The position numbers were made by a program, and so were the translations under genes. From a virus (taxonomy: Duplodnaviria; Caudoviricetes), in the IMG/VR virus record IMGVR_UViG_3300032331_001807, positions 1 to 55,643 of that record: 55,643 bases of DNA. One strand, written 5' to 3'. Of this stretch, positions 19,722 through 28,741 are shown in pieces (within the stretch, counting starts at the first letter, position 1; every line of letters starts with the position of its first letter). The notes beneath the pieces are model-generated. The model was not told where the DNA came from and ran no database searches. It saw only the letters and a program-made list of their open reading frames with translations.

Positions 19722-20276
19722 TGAGGTGGTGATGGTTGTTGCTGTTGAAATTATTGGTACCAACTACTTCCACCCTTGATCTCCCTTATCTACCTCTCCC
19801 TTACGGTGAGAGTCTGTTCCCTTCTAGCCAACGGGAACGGGAGGATGGATGCAGGGAGAGCTAGTCTTTCGTACCTCTCTCCGGGGGCCTCTTGACGTAG
19901 GCACCTAGCAGCTTGGTCTTCGTCGTGGGGAGGGGAAGGTGGAACCCTTACTCACCGGGAGATTGGGAACGGACCCTACTGGCCTTTACAGGGGCTTGGG
20001 GGTCTGCCTCGTCGGTGTCTACAGGTAGCCTCGTACTCTCACGGGATCGCCGGTAGCTCCAGCTTGACTGTTCATCACAGCCCTCTACGACCTTTCGGTC
20101 TGGAATCCGTCAGACACCCCTGTTGGAGAGGTGCCCGTCTTTCCCCGGGTGATTTTCCACGCAGCCGAAGCTCGTGGGTTCCCAACCGGGAGGGGTTTCC
20201 ACAACCCGTCACCTCCCTCGCAAGGGGGGTGGGGGTGACGATCCGAGGCGGACCTATCACGGGGTCGGTCGGGATG

Positions 20277-20639
20277 TCAACCGGGCGATGAGAGGACGTA
20301 GAGGTGCCAGAGGAACACGGACAGGAACACCACGAACAGCCCGTGGAGGAGACCCTCACGGGTGCGGTGGTCAAGGGTCGCCCGCTCCAAGCACTTCAGC
20401 CCGAACCAGAACAACCAGAACTTGGCCGTCCCGTAGAGCAGGGGTGACACGTTCCAGAGCGAGCGCATGAGGAGGTTCAACTCCGTGTGCCTCCCCCCTG
20501 TGAGCGCACGGGACGTGAGGATGGCGTCGATGAAGTTGAGCCACTTGCACCACTCCTCCAGCCCAGAGATCCCCACGGGCCTCGGCACCCAGTGCCAACT
20601 GGGCCTCGGTGCTGGAGTTTTGTTCTCGTCGTCGTCCAT
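20277..20639 (-). CDS. small membrane protein
   Basis: GGAG RBS; NFIDAILT...ELNLLM motif and 2-3 hydrophobic segments. Confidence 0.6.
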   Translation of the reverse strand: MDDDENKTPAPRPSWHWVPRPVGISGLEEWCKWLNFIDAILTSRALTGGRHTELNLLMRSLWNVSPLLYGTAKFWLFWFGLKCLERATLDHRTREGLLHGLFVVFLSVFLWHLYVLSSPG

Positions 20640-20793
20640 CTCTCCTCCGTGAGACGATAGGGTAACCCGCGAACCACGGGGGAGCCTTCCACGGGCTCGC
20701 CAGAGCCTCCCGAGGAGCCCGGACGGGTGGTAGGGGCAGGGGGGTCGTCGGAGCGACCAGAAGGGGCCGTCCCGCTCGACGGAGAGGGGGGGT

Positions 20794-21429
20794 CTACGGG
20801 AGCTCAACCCACTGGAGGGTCGTGGCGCTGTTCACGAAGGTGACGCCCATGTGCTCGACGCGCTTGCCGCCGTCCCTGTGGGCGTGCCCGAAGAAGTGAT
20901 GGGTCACCCTGTGCGGGCGGTAGGTGAGGGCGCTGGTGATCGGGCCGATGCCCGGGTAGAGCCCGTTGAGGATGCCGTCCGGGGGGCTGTGGGTGAGCAG
21001 CACGTCCGGGTCGCAGTCGAAGCACCGCTGCGTGAGGTCGATGAGCTCCGAGTAGGTGGCCTCCCGGTTCCACTCCCCGGCGATGAGCGGGATGTGGCCG
21101 AACCCAGCGAACTTCAGACCCCCGAAGGTGCAGCCCTCGGGGGTGACCTCGCGGGCGTCCACTCCCTCGCGGCGCAGGAGGGAGGCGAGGTGGGCGTAGT
21201 CATGGTTGCCGGGGACCAACAGCACGGGTGCGCCCAAGAGCCGTCGCCGGATGCTGAACGACTTGTAGCCGAACCAGTTGGTCTGCCAACGCACCTCGAC
21301 CTCTCGGTTGCCACGGGTCTTGTTGGGGAAGAAGTCACCCGTGAGCACCCACAGGTCCGGGGCGATCCCGTTCACCCGGTCGAAAACGTTGTAGTGGCCG
21401 TGGAGGTCCGATGCGTGTGCGACTCTCAT
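20794..21429 (-). CDS. metallophosphoesterase
   Basis: SDLHG, TGDFF, PGNHD, THSPP, FGHAH. Confidence 0.88.
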   Translation of the reverse strand: MRVAHASDLHGHYNVFDRVNGIAPDLWVLTGDFFPNKTRGNREVEVRWQTNWFGYKSFSIRRRLLGAPVLLVPGNHDYAHLASLLRREGVDAREVTPEGCTFGGLKFAGFGHIPLIAGEWNREATYSELIDLTQRCFDCDPDVLLTHSPPDGILNGLYPGIGPITSALTYRPHRVTHHFFGHAHRDGGKRVEHMGVTFVNSATTLQWVELP

Positions 21430-22097
21430 AGTCCCAAGGCTTCCACGAAGCGTGTGATCTGCCCCCGGCCAGCGGGTGACACGAGGTGCAGCCCGACGTG
21501 CGGGCGGTTCGATCCATCACCCTGTTCGACGTTGAGGTCGAAGGTGCGCTGCCAGACCATCTGGGCGTCGAGCGGGACGGTGAAGCCCAGCCGGATGAAC
21601 ACTTCTTGGAGGCAGATGGCGACCTTCTGGCCCTCGTAGTGCTGCCCCGCCACGAGCACCCCGGCGAGTTTCCCGGCGAGGGGGTTGGCCTCCCCGTACA
21701 CGGAGGCCCGGTTCTCCAGCGTGTTCATGCGCTCGATCACCCGCTGGAGCAGGGACGAGTGGGACATCCACCGCACGCTCGTCGCCCACAGCACCACGTC
21801 GGCGTCCGCGATCCCGTCGTAGAGGACGGGCATCTCGTCCTCACCGCCGTACTTGGCGGGGTCGTCCACGGAGTTCTTGTGCGCCCAGCAGCGGTACGGA
21901 CCCGCGTCGGGACTCGCACAGTTGCGCCCCCCGCCCGCGTAGCACGAGAGGTTCTGGACGACGTGGAGCTTCGCCGCGTCGAGGAGGGTGACATCGTGCC
22001 CACGGGAGGCGATCACCCGCAGGGATGCCTCTAGCATCATCCCGCTGGCGGACTCTTCAAGGGCGTGCGTGGTGGTCGAAATTCCAAGTACCTTCAT
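21426..22097 (-). CDS. flavodoxin-fold protein (NAD(P)H-dependent FMN reductase / iron-sulfur flavoprotein-like)
   Basis: MKVLGIS, Cys cluster, ADADVVLWATSVRW, IERM, LAGKLAG. Confidence 0.75.
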   Translation of the reverse strand: MKVLGISTTTHALEESASGMMLEASLRVIASRGHDVTLLDAAKLHVVQNLSCYAGGGRNCASPDAGPYRCWAHKNSVDDPAKYGGEDEMPVLYDGIADADVVLWATSVRWMSHSSLLQRVIERMNTLENRASVYGEANPLAGKLAGVLVAGQHYEGQKVAICLQEVFIRLGFTVPLDAQMVWQRTFDLNVEQGDGSNRPHVGLHLVSPAGRGQITRFVEALGL

Positions 22098-22459
22098 GGC
22101 GTCAACATAGGGTGAACGATAGGCGCGGCGTTGACGACCCGTTCGTTCGCCGCATGGGCGTCGGCCTCGATGGCTTCGCAGTCTTCGAGGGCCGTCACCA
22201 CCCGGAACAGCGGGTGCGACCCGTGCCTACCCAACCCGCCGAAGAACACCAACGAGCCCGTGGGGGTGAGCTTCGGGAGGGCGCGGAGGAAGATGCCCGA
22301 CAACCAATCCGCGAACTCACGGTCGCTCGCCCACTGGTTGTCCCAAGCGGCATCAGCGATTCCGTAGTACGGGGGGTCGGTGAGCAGCAGGTGAACGGTG
22401 CCGTCTTTCAACGTCGGGATGAAGTCCTCGGCCCGTGAAGGTAGAACGTAGGAACCCAT
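22094..22459 (-). pseudogene. N4/N6 DNA methyltransferase with an apparent internal deletion
   Basis: DGTVHLLLTDPPYYG catalytic motif present, but only about 121 aa and no FxGxG SAM-binding motif. Confidence 0.6.
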
Positions 22460-22685
22460 GCCCGACGATACGTCTCGCGTCACCTTCGTGATCCAACTCG
22501 ACAAGCTGAAGTCCTGCGTCCAGTGCAAGGGCAAGGTGACGCTGGGTGAGGTGAAATGGAAACGGGGGCGCGACGAGATGTCGTGCCCCCGTGGGGTGTG
22601 CGCCGGGTGCGGGTGGTTGTACTACTCGATCCCGGCGTTCTCGTACTGGGACTACTTCGTCGGCGGCGGGAAGCGACCGACGTGA
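22458..22685 (+). CDS. small zinc-ribbon protein
   Basis: CVQC...CAGC. Confidence 0.55.
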   Translation: MPDDTSRVTFVIQLDKLKSCVQCKGKVTLGEVKWKRGRDEMSCPRGVCAGCGWLYYSIPAFSYWDYFVGGGKRPT

Positions 22686-22689
22686 GCCG

Positions 22690-23991
22690 TCACAGACCCA
22701 TCATCTTGCGGTACTTCTTGTTGTACTCGCGACGCGCCGCCGAGCCGTTCGTGCCCGAGTTCGCCGTCCCGTAGCCGCTGTACATGTCCGTGTGCTCGTA
22801 GCAGCCACCCTCGCCGTCGGGGGTGCAGGGAGGCGAGCCCGGACCCGGGGCGGGGTCGTCGTAGTCCTTCGCCTTCGGCTTGTAGCCGGGACCGCCCCAC
22901 GGACGGCCCGCCATGATCTCCTCCGCGACCTGTTCCGCCGAGGGGTGCGCGTCCGCCTGCTTGAGCAGGGGCAGGAGGTGGGGACGGAGCTCCGGGCGCT
23001 GGTGGGCGAGACGGATGACCTTGTTGCGGAGGTCTCGCTCCGCTGCGGTGATGTTGCGTGCCATGATGTTCTTCCTTGCTGCCTTCCTACGAAATGCGTT
23101 GGCGAGAGCGAGAGCCTCTTGGGCGTCAGCGATGAACTTGGGGTACTGCCCGGTGTCGGACATCCTCTTGAAGTTCGCCTCCATCCACTTCTTGAACTTC
23201 CCCTTGATCGCCCCGAACTGCGGGCGACTCATGCCGATGCTATCGGCGTACTCCGTGTCCGAGATGTGCGTACCCTTCACCACCTCGTCGAAGAAGGGAC
23301 GGAACGCATCCCCCTCGTGCTTGGTGAGGGCGGCGGGGATCGCAGTGTCGTGGACCCACTCGGCGTACCCGCGACCGAACGCGCTGTTGGGGTCCTCCAT
23401 CGCGGTCTGCTCCAAGTCCGCGAGCGACGAGAACGCGAGCTCCGACTCGTCCGCCTCCATCCCAGAGGCTCCCCAGCTTTCTTGGCGCTTGCCCCGGCTC
23501 TTCTCGGAGCGGATCACGTCGATGCCCCGCTTGCGGGCGTAGGAAACCACACGGCCAGCCACGTCCCCGAGGGCCTTCTCGGGGTCGGACTTCACGGCCT
23601 CGGGGGTGAAGTGCGTCCCGGCTTGGTAGAAGAAGTTGCCCTTGCCCGAGGAGAGCCCGTTCACGAAGCTCTCTTGGAGGACCTCCTCACCCGTGCCACC
23701 CTTGCCACGCAGCATCGCGTCGATGCCCCGGACCACCGTGTCGTACACGCCCGTGTTGGGCTTCATCCACGGCGAGTGCTTCACGTCCATCGTCGGGTCG
23801 CCGTAGAGCTCCGTGAGCATCTGGGCGATGGCCCGCGTCGGGTTCCGGCCCGACAGGCTGTTGAAGGGCTTGCCGAGCACCCCTTCCAAGAACTGGGCAC
23901 GGGCCAGCATGTCGTCGCTGGCTCCCGCCTTCTTGATGCGCTGGAGGGCTGCGAGGGCCATCCCGAACTTGATGCTCGCCAGACGGTTCAT
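22690..23991 (-). CDS. divergent sigma-factor-like protein fused to a leader-bearing C-terminal module
   Basis: EEVLQESF and SYARKRGIDVIRSE (region 2-like); SDTEYADSIGMSRPQF (region 4 HTH-like); internal MARN...DLRNKVIRLAHQRPELRPHLLPLLKQA. Confidence 0.55.
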   Translation of the reverse strand: MNRLASIKFGMALAALQRIKKAGASDDMLARAQFLEGVLGKPFNSLSGRNPTRAIAQMLTELYGDPTMDVKHSPWMKPNTGVYDTVVRGIDAMLRGKGGTGEEVLQESFVNGLSSGKGNFFYQAGTHFTPEAVKSDPEKALGDVAGRVVSYARKRGIDVIRSEKSRGKRQESWGASGMEADESELAFSSLADLEQTAMEDPNSAFGRGYAEWVHDTAIPAALTKHEGDAFRPFFDEVVKGTHISDTEYADSIGMSRPQFGAIKGKFKKWMEANFKRMSDTGQYPKFIADAQEALALANAFRRKAARKNIMARNITAAERDLRNKVIRLAHQRPELRPHLLPLLKQADAHPSAEQVAEEIMAGRPWGGPGYKPKAKDYDDPAPGPGSPPCTPDGEGGCYEHTDMYSGYGTANSGTNGSAARREYNKKYRKMMGL

Positions 23992-24079
23992 GTAGGTCAA
24001 TCCTCGATGGGGCTGTGACACCGAGCCCGCCGTCACCGGGGGCACACGAGAGCGAGGGTATAAGCCCGCTACCGAGGTC

Positions 24080-24114
24080 GATTCTCGGTTACACCCCGGC
24101 CCCCGGCTTCGTGG
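24080..24114 (+). promoter_or_regulatory. class-1 promoter GGTTAC-N17-CGTGG
   Basis: One of 13 copies with identical spacing. Confidence 0.75.
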
Positions 24115-24220
24115 GGGAGGTGTCCCGGTCGAATCCGCTTGCCAAGGACGACCGATTCCATTATGGTCCCCCCTCGTAACCCAAGGGTCTTTGACCCCAC
24201 GGGACACCACGGGAGCTCTC

Positions 24221-24949
24221 ATGACCACTGCTGTTTTCGGGGGATCTGCTGTCTGTGCGGCCTACCGCGAGGCCGTCGCGAAGGACGAACTCCTCGCGTT
24301 CGCGAAGGGGTCTACGCCTCTGGCGGTCGCGGTGCGGGAGGCTCTCGCACCTGCGCCCAAGCCCGAGCCGAACCTCACGGCTCGATGGCTCGCGGCCAAC
24401 CCCGGGGTCTACCAGACCCTCGTCCACCACATCGGCATGAAGATGCCGTTGTCGAGGAAGCTCGACGTGGTGGAGGATCACGTCCAGACGTTCCTCGCCC
24501 GGATCGTCGAGCGGGACACCCTCGCCCCGTTCCTCCGGGGAGGGAAGTCCGTGCAGATGTCCGTGCTTCGCATCTGGGCCTACCAGAGCGCCAGCACCGA
24601 CTTCCGCCGCTGGGGCGTGGACGCCAGCCTCCGCACGACCCGTGGGGCGAAGACCTCGCGTGAGGTCCAGAAGGGCAAGGCGTTCCGTCCCGTGGTGTCG
24701 CCCACCGCTGCACGGACGATCCCCCAAGAGGGCACCGACCCCGACTACCATGACCCCAACGAGGCGTCGCCCGAGGATGCACTCGCCCGCAAGTCGCGGG
24801 TGGACGTGGTGCGCCGCCACCTCGCTCGACTCGGCAAGAGCGACCTCGTCGCCGCCGTGGACCACCTCCTCGACGGGGGCTCCCTGTCCGACCTCGACGG
24901 GGGCATCGCGGCGCAGTTGACCGCCGCCCTCCGCACCGTCCGGGCGTAA
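24221..24949 (+). CDS. ECF-like sigma factor, divergent
   Basis: VVEDHVQTFLARIVE and LRIWAYQSASTDFRR resemble ECF region 2; SPEDALARK linker; region 4 looks short or degenerate. Confidence 0.5.
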   Translation: MTTAVFGGSAVCAAYREAVAKDELLAFAKGSTPLAVAVREALAPAPKPEPNLTARWLAANPGVYQTLVHHIGMKMPLSRKLDVVEDHVQTFLARIVERDTLAPFLRGGKSVQMSVLRIWAYQSASTDFRRWGVDASLRTTRGAKTSREVQKGKAFRPVVSPTAARTIPQEGTDPDYHDPNEASPEDALARKSRVDVVRRHLARLGKSDLVAAVDHLLDGGSLSDLDGGIAAQLTAALRTVRA

Positions 24950-24958
24950 CCCTTCACC

Positions 24959-25132
24959 ATGAAGGTCTGGATCGTGACGGCGGGTTGGAACCGCGAAGAG
25001 ACGTGGATTCTCGGCGTGTTCGCCACGGAGCAGGGTGCCCAAGCGTTCGTGGGAACCCTCCCCGTGGACGGACGTGGCATGTTCGACGGATACGACTTCG
25101 TGCGGGTCCATGCCTACGACGTGACGCTGTGA
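24959..25132 (+). CDS. small hypothetical protein (57 aa)
   Basis: MKVWIVTAGWNREETWILGVFATEQGA...; below the ORF-track cutoff, read manually. Confidence 0.7.
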   Translation: MKVWIVTAGWNREETWILGVFATEQGAQAFVGTLPVDGRGMFDGYDFVRVHAYDVTL

Positions 25133-25317
25133 ACAACCCCAAGCCCAAGCCCAAGCCCAAGCCCGACAACCTCCCCCGCGTGTATCGCGGCGGGTCGTGG
25201 TTCAGCACGTCCGCCACCCTCGTGCGCGCGGCTTCTCGCTACGACTTCACGTCGTCGATCCGTCACTACATCTTCGGGTTTCGCTGTGTGCTGCGGGGAA
25301 GGGAACCCCGAGTATGA
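25129..25317 (+). CDS. stand-alone FGE/CLec C-terminal variable segment, cassette A
   Basis: RVYRGGSWF...VRAASR...FGFRC; GTG overlaps the upstream TGA. Confidence 0.8.
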   Translation: MNNPKPKPKPKPDNLPRVYRGGSWFSTSATLVRAASRYDFTSSIRHYIFGFRCVLRGREPRV

Positions 25318-25484
25318 GCCCGATCAAAACCCCGCGTGCCATCCGTGGCACCAGTTGGGCCTATCGCGACCCCGGCGAGGACCGCGCCGAGATTCGCGTC
25401 TGTAACGGCATTGAGGATCGCCTACCCGTCGTGGGCTTCCGTTGCTCGCTGCGGGCAAGGGCACCCGTAGAGGCTGATCCGTGA
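25314..25484 (+). CDS. stand-alone FGE/CLec C-terminal segment, cassette B
   Basis: RAIRGTSWAY...RAEIR...VGFRC; ATGA coupling. Confidence 0.75.
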   Translation: MSPIKTPRAIRGTSWAYRDPGEDRAEIRVCNGIEDRLPVVGFRCSLRARAPVEADP

Positions 25485-25663
25485 GCAATCCCGCCTCCCT
25501 CCGTAACGGAGGTTGGGCCGAGGAGGAGCCCGAGACCTTTCGGGCGGCTCACCGTCGCCAAGGCGTGCGCGCCTACCGATGCTGGGGAGCACCCTCGTAC
25601 CGTGACGACGAGACCGGGTTCCGCACCGTGCTGACGGCGGCACGGCAACCCGTCCGGGCGTAA
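25481..25663 (+). CDS. stand-alone FGE/CLec C-terminal segment, cassette C
   Basis: LRNGGW...VRAYR...TGFRT; GTGA coupling. Confidence 0.65.
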   Translation: MSNPASLRNGGWAEEEPETFRAAHRRQGVRAYRCWGAPSYRDDETGFRTVLTAARQPVRA

Positions 25664-25671
25664 CAATCCCC

Positions 25672-26025
25672 GTGACCCCCCTCACCCACGCCAAGAACTC
25701 CGTGAAGCTCCACGGCGGGACGGTGGACGACTACCTCCCGCTGCACTTGTGGATGGATCAAACCAAGCTCCACGTCGCGGACCTCCGACACCGGGTTGTG
25801 CTCCACAACTCATTCGGTATCGGTCTGTGCGAGGAACGCTTCGGCCCGTACCTCACGAACAGCGACGGGAAGAAGGTGCCGACTCGCAAGCTCGCAGAGC
25901 AACACGTCATCGAGGACGTTGGGTTCATCCCGACCCTCGATCAGTCTCTCAAGCACACCCCGATCACCAAGCTGGTAGCCCCGAGGCTACGGAAGGTGAT
26001 CGTCACCCACGACAAGGACGAGTGA
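25672..26025 (+). CDS. conserved hypothetical protein (DUF6915-like, from memory)
   Basis: HAKNSVKLHGG...DYLPLHLWMD...RHRVVLHNSFG...AEQHVIED. Confidence 0.65.
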   Translation: MTPLTHAKNSVKLHGGTVDDYLPLHLWMDQTKLHVADLRHRVVLHNSFGIGLCEERFGPYLTNSDGKKVPTRKLAEQHVIEDVGFIPTLDQSLKHTPITKLVAPRLRKVIVTHDKDE

Positions 26026-26026
26026 T

Positions 26027-26560
26027 ATGCCCAGCGTCAAGAAGGTCACCCCCAAGAAGCCCGCCGCGAAGTCCTCCAAGAAGTCCTCCAAGTCCCGCAA
26101 GCCCAAGGTCTTCGGCTACGTCATTGAGGAGACGGTCTTCGACTTCAACGACGAGTACTACTCCACCTACCGGGACGATGCCGCGCAACTCGCCACCAAC
26201 CGGGTGTTCAAGGACAAGGCCGAGGCCGACGAGCTTTGCCGAAACAAGAACCGTGGCCAAGTGGACACCGTCCTCGCCTCCCCCCGTTCGTGGGCTGGGT
26301 ACGGGGAGAGCTTCGGGCAGTACCTCAACGACAACATTCACGACTCTGACGGGACCAAGTTCGTCAAGGTGTGCGACGTGCTGCTCCCCAAGAAGAAGTA
26401 CCCGGACCTCGACCGGGACGACCACAAGGCGTGCGCGGACGAGCTCGACGCCATCGTCGAGTTCGACCTCGACCTCACGGACGCCCAGAGGGACAAGCTC
26501 ATCAAGAACGGCCCGGACATCTTCTCGATCTTCCGGGTGTCGAAAGTCGAGATCGTCTAG
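26027..26560 (+). CDS. hypothetical protein with a Lys-rich N-terminus
   Basis: 177-aa ORF, typical codon bias. Confidence 0.75.
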   Translation: MPSVKKVTPKKPAAKSSKKSSKSRKPKVFGYVIEETVFDFNDEYYSTYRDDAAQLATNRVFKDKAEADELCRNKNRGQVDTVLASPRSWAGYGESFGQYLNDNIHDSDGTKFVKVCDVLLPKKKYPDLDRDDHKACADELDAIVEFDLDLTDAQRDKLIKNGPDIFSIFRVSKVEIV

Positions 26561-26925
26561 CTCAAGTAGGCGACGATCTCGTACTGCTCATCCCCAAGCT
26601 GGTACCACTGGAACGCCAGCGCCGAGTTGGCGATGTCCGTGGGCGAGAACGAGTCCTCGGGGTTCGTGAGGGCGAGGTCGATCACCATGCGCCCCTGCGG
26701 CTGACGCAGGGGGAAGCTCTGGATCACCTCACCCCACTCGATCCCGTGCGTGGCGAGCACCTCGCTGATGCGGGCGAGGGCCATCCCGGGCGAACGGAAC
26801 CGCCCGTTGCCGTCCATTCCGGCTTTGATGAGCGCGGCGTTGGTCGTGGTCTTGACCTTCGGGTCGAGACGGGCCGAGGCGGCGGACAGGTAACGTGCGG
26901 CGACCCTACGAGAACTCACAGGCAT
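26557..26925 (-). CDS. putative virion protein with a short RRVAARY leader
   Basis: AGGAG RBS and class-3 upstream motif. Confidence 0.7.
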   Translation of the reverse strand: MPVSSRRVAARYLSAASARLDPKVKTTTNAALIKAGMDGNGRFRSPGMALARISEVLATHGIEWGEVIQSFPLRQPQGRMVIDLALTNPEDSFSPTDIANSALAFQWYQLGDEQYEIVAYLS

Positions 26926-27011
26926 GGCTGACTCCTACCCCATTGCGGGGATAGGTGAGGAAACGAAGGGCGGGTTGTTACACTCTCGCCCGCATCTCCA
27001 TGGAGACTTCA

Positions 27012-27590
27012 ATGGAACCCATCATTCGCATCTACCTCGACACCGAAACCACTGGCCTTGACCCGGCGACTGCCGAGGTCATCGAAGTCGCCGTGGTGCG
27101 GGAAGAGGTCGAGTACCCGTACACCCAGCCCGGGACCATCACCTTGTCGTGGTGCCGCAAGGTAGCACCCCAGCACATCGAGACGGCTGAACCCGTCGCG
27201 TTGAAGGTCAACGGGTACACGCCCGAGGCGTGGGCAGACGCCGTGCCCTTCAAGGACATCGCGGAGGAACTGGTGGCGCACCTCAAGGGCGGGACCATCA
27301 TCGGCCACAACCCCAAGTTCGACACGGGGTTCATCACCGCCGAGCTCAAGCGGGCGGGTGTGGAGCCCCGCATCTCGCACCGCACCATCGACACCACCAC
27401 GGTGGCGTTCATGGCGTGGGGCCTCGACGGGAAGCTCAAGCTCTCCCTCGACAACCTCCGCAAGCACCTTGGTCTGTCGAGCGAGGGGGCGCACACGGCG
27501 CTGCAAGACGCCCTCGACTGCCGCGAGGTGTTTTACCGGGCGCTCGCCGCCCGGATGGAGTCCCCGGACTTCAGCCGCGAGGACGACTGA
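27012..27590 (+). CDS. DEDDh 3'-5' exonuclease (DnaQ-like)
   Basis: LDTETTGL, GHNPKFD, HTALQDA. Confidence 0.9.
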   Translation: MEPIIRIYLDTETTGLDPATAEVIEVAVVREEVEYPYTQPGTITLSWCRKVAPQHIETAEPVALKVNGYTPEAWADAVPFKDIAEELVAHLKGGTIIGHNPKFDTGFITAELKRAGVEPRISHRTIDTTTVAFMAWGLDGKLKLSLDNLRKHLGLSSEGAHTALQDALDCREVFYRALAARMESPDFSREDD

Positions 27591-27914
27591 CTACATCCCA
27601 ACGGACAGGTTTCGGTCTCTGAACTCGATCCAGCGGATCTCGCGAGCCGCGAGCACCTTGCGGAGGTCCTCCGGGTCCATGCGCCCCGGCAGCGTGAAAT
27701 CCACGCTGTAGCCGAAGCCTCCGAGCCAGACCATCTCGGCCTTCACCCCGAGGGTTTTCTCGATCATCTTCACCAAGTTGAGATAACTGGGCGACAGGTC
27801 GTACAGGTCGATCTCGTCCGCAGCGGTCTTGTCTCGACCGAGCAGCGGGAGAAGTTCACCCCGCAGAGCGGGTTGTTGGTGCGCGAGACGGATGAGCTTG
27901 GAACGAAGTGACAT
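27591..27914 (-). CDS. putative virion internal protein with shared leader
   Basis: MSLRSKLIRLAHQQPALRGELLPLLGRDKTA. Confidence 0.75.
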   Translation of the reverse strand: MSLRSKLIRLAHQQPALRGELLPLLGRDKTAADEIDLYDLSPSYLNLVKMIEKTLGVKAEMVWLGGFGYSVDFTLPGRMDPEDLRKVLAAREIRWIEFRDRNLSVGM

Positions 27915-27943
27915 CTGATCCTCCACCGGGTCCGACTGATAGG

Positions 27944-28741
27944 TCAGTCACCGGGGCGATTGACCATCAACCCGTGCTTGTATCCCGCCGCGAGAAGAGC
28001 CTTCTGGGTGTCCCGACCGGGGATGCCGTCAGCGGGGGAGACACCGAGACGGGTCTGGATGTCCTTCCAGAACGTCACGTCGTCCTTGGTCTCAAGGTTG
28101 AAGCCCTTGTAGCCCGCCCGGAGCAGCGCGTCGAAGATGAAGTCGCCGGGGTCACCCGCGCCACGGTTGGACGTTTGGTTCCTGTGCCCGTACACGCCCA
28201 CCACTTGCTTCGCCATCTCGGCGTTGGCGATGCGGGAGATCACGCCCTTCACGGGCGTGCCGTTCACCGACATGGGCACCTGCCGCTGGATCGGGTGCCC
28301 CCGGTCCGCGAGCTCACGGGTGAGACAGTCGAGGAACTGCACGGCCACGGCGATCTGCCCCTCGTACAGGTCGCCGTTGTCCTCCTGCACGAGCTCGATC
28401 CCGAGGGTGAAGGGGTTCACGCTCGTCGCCTGCCAAGTGTAGAACTTGAGCGGGTCGTTGGAGACGATGATCGTTCCGTCTGTGTCGATGGTGTAGTCCC
28501 ACGACACGTCCCGAGACGTATTCGCTTGGTACTTGGCGTAGGACTCCGCACGGGTGCTGGGCTTGGAGAGACCCGGAAGGAGCTTCCCGACCTTGCCGTG
28601 GACCGTGTGCATCACGATGGCCCGGAGCCACACGGTGCGAGGGTTCACGTCCGTGGTCTTCGGAACCTTCGGGTCGTCCAGCCACGAGACGGTTTCCAGA
28701 CCCGGCGTGGCGACCTTCTCGCCGTTGAGAACGATGGACAT
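27944..28741 (-). CDS. N-acetylmuramoyl-L-alanine amidase (endolysin) with C-terminal peptidoglycan-binding domain
   Basis: IVMHT, SWDYTIDTDG, LGIEL, YGHR, DPG; IQTRLGVSPADGIPGRDT. Confidence 0.8.
   Translation of the reverse strand: MSIVLNGEKVATPGLETVSWLDDPKVPKTTDVNPRTVWLRAIVMHTVHGKVGKLLPGLSKPSTRAESYAKYQANTSRDVSWDYTIDTDGTIIVSNDPLKFYTWQATSVNPFTLGIELVQEDNGDLYEGQIAVAVQFLDCLTRELADRGHPIQRQVPMSVNGTPVKGVISRIANAEMAKQVVGVYGHRNQTSNRGAGDPGDFIFDALLRAGYKGFNLETKDDVTFWKDIQTRLGVSPADGIPGRDTQKALLAAGYKHGLMVNRPGD

Noticed and set aside
19530-19773. ORFs with Ser/Thr/His runs
   Set aside because: Products of low-complexity DNA with atypical codon use
25138-25164. (CCCAAG)x4 microsatellite as a phase-variation switch
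   Set aside because: A 6-bp unit keeps the frame; it only changes the length of the KP linker
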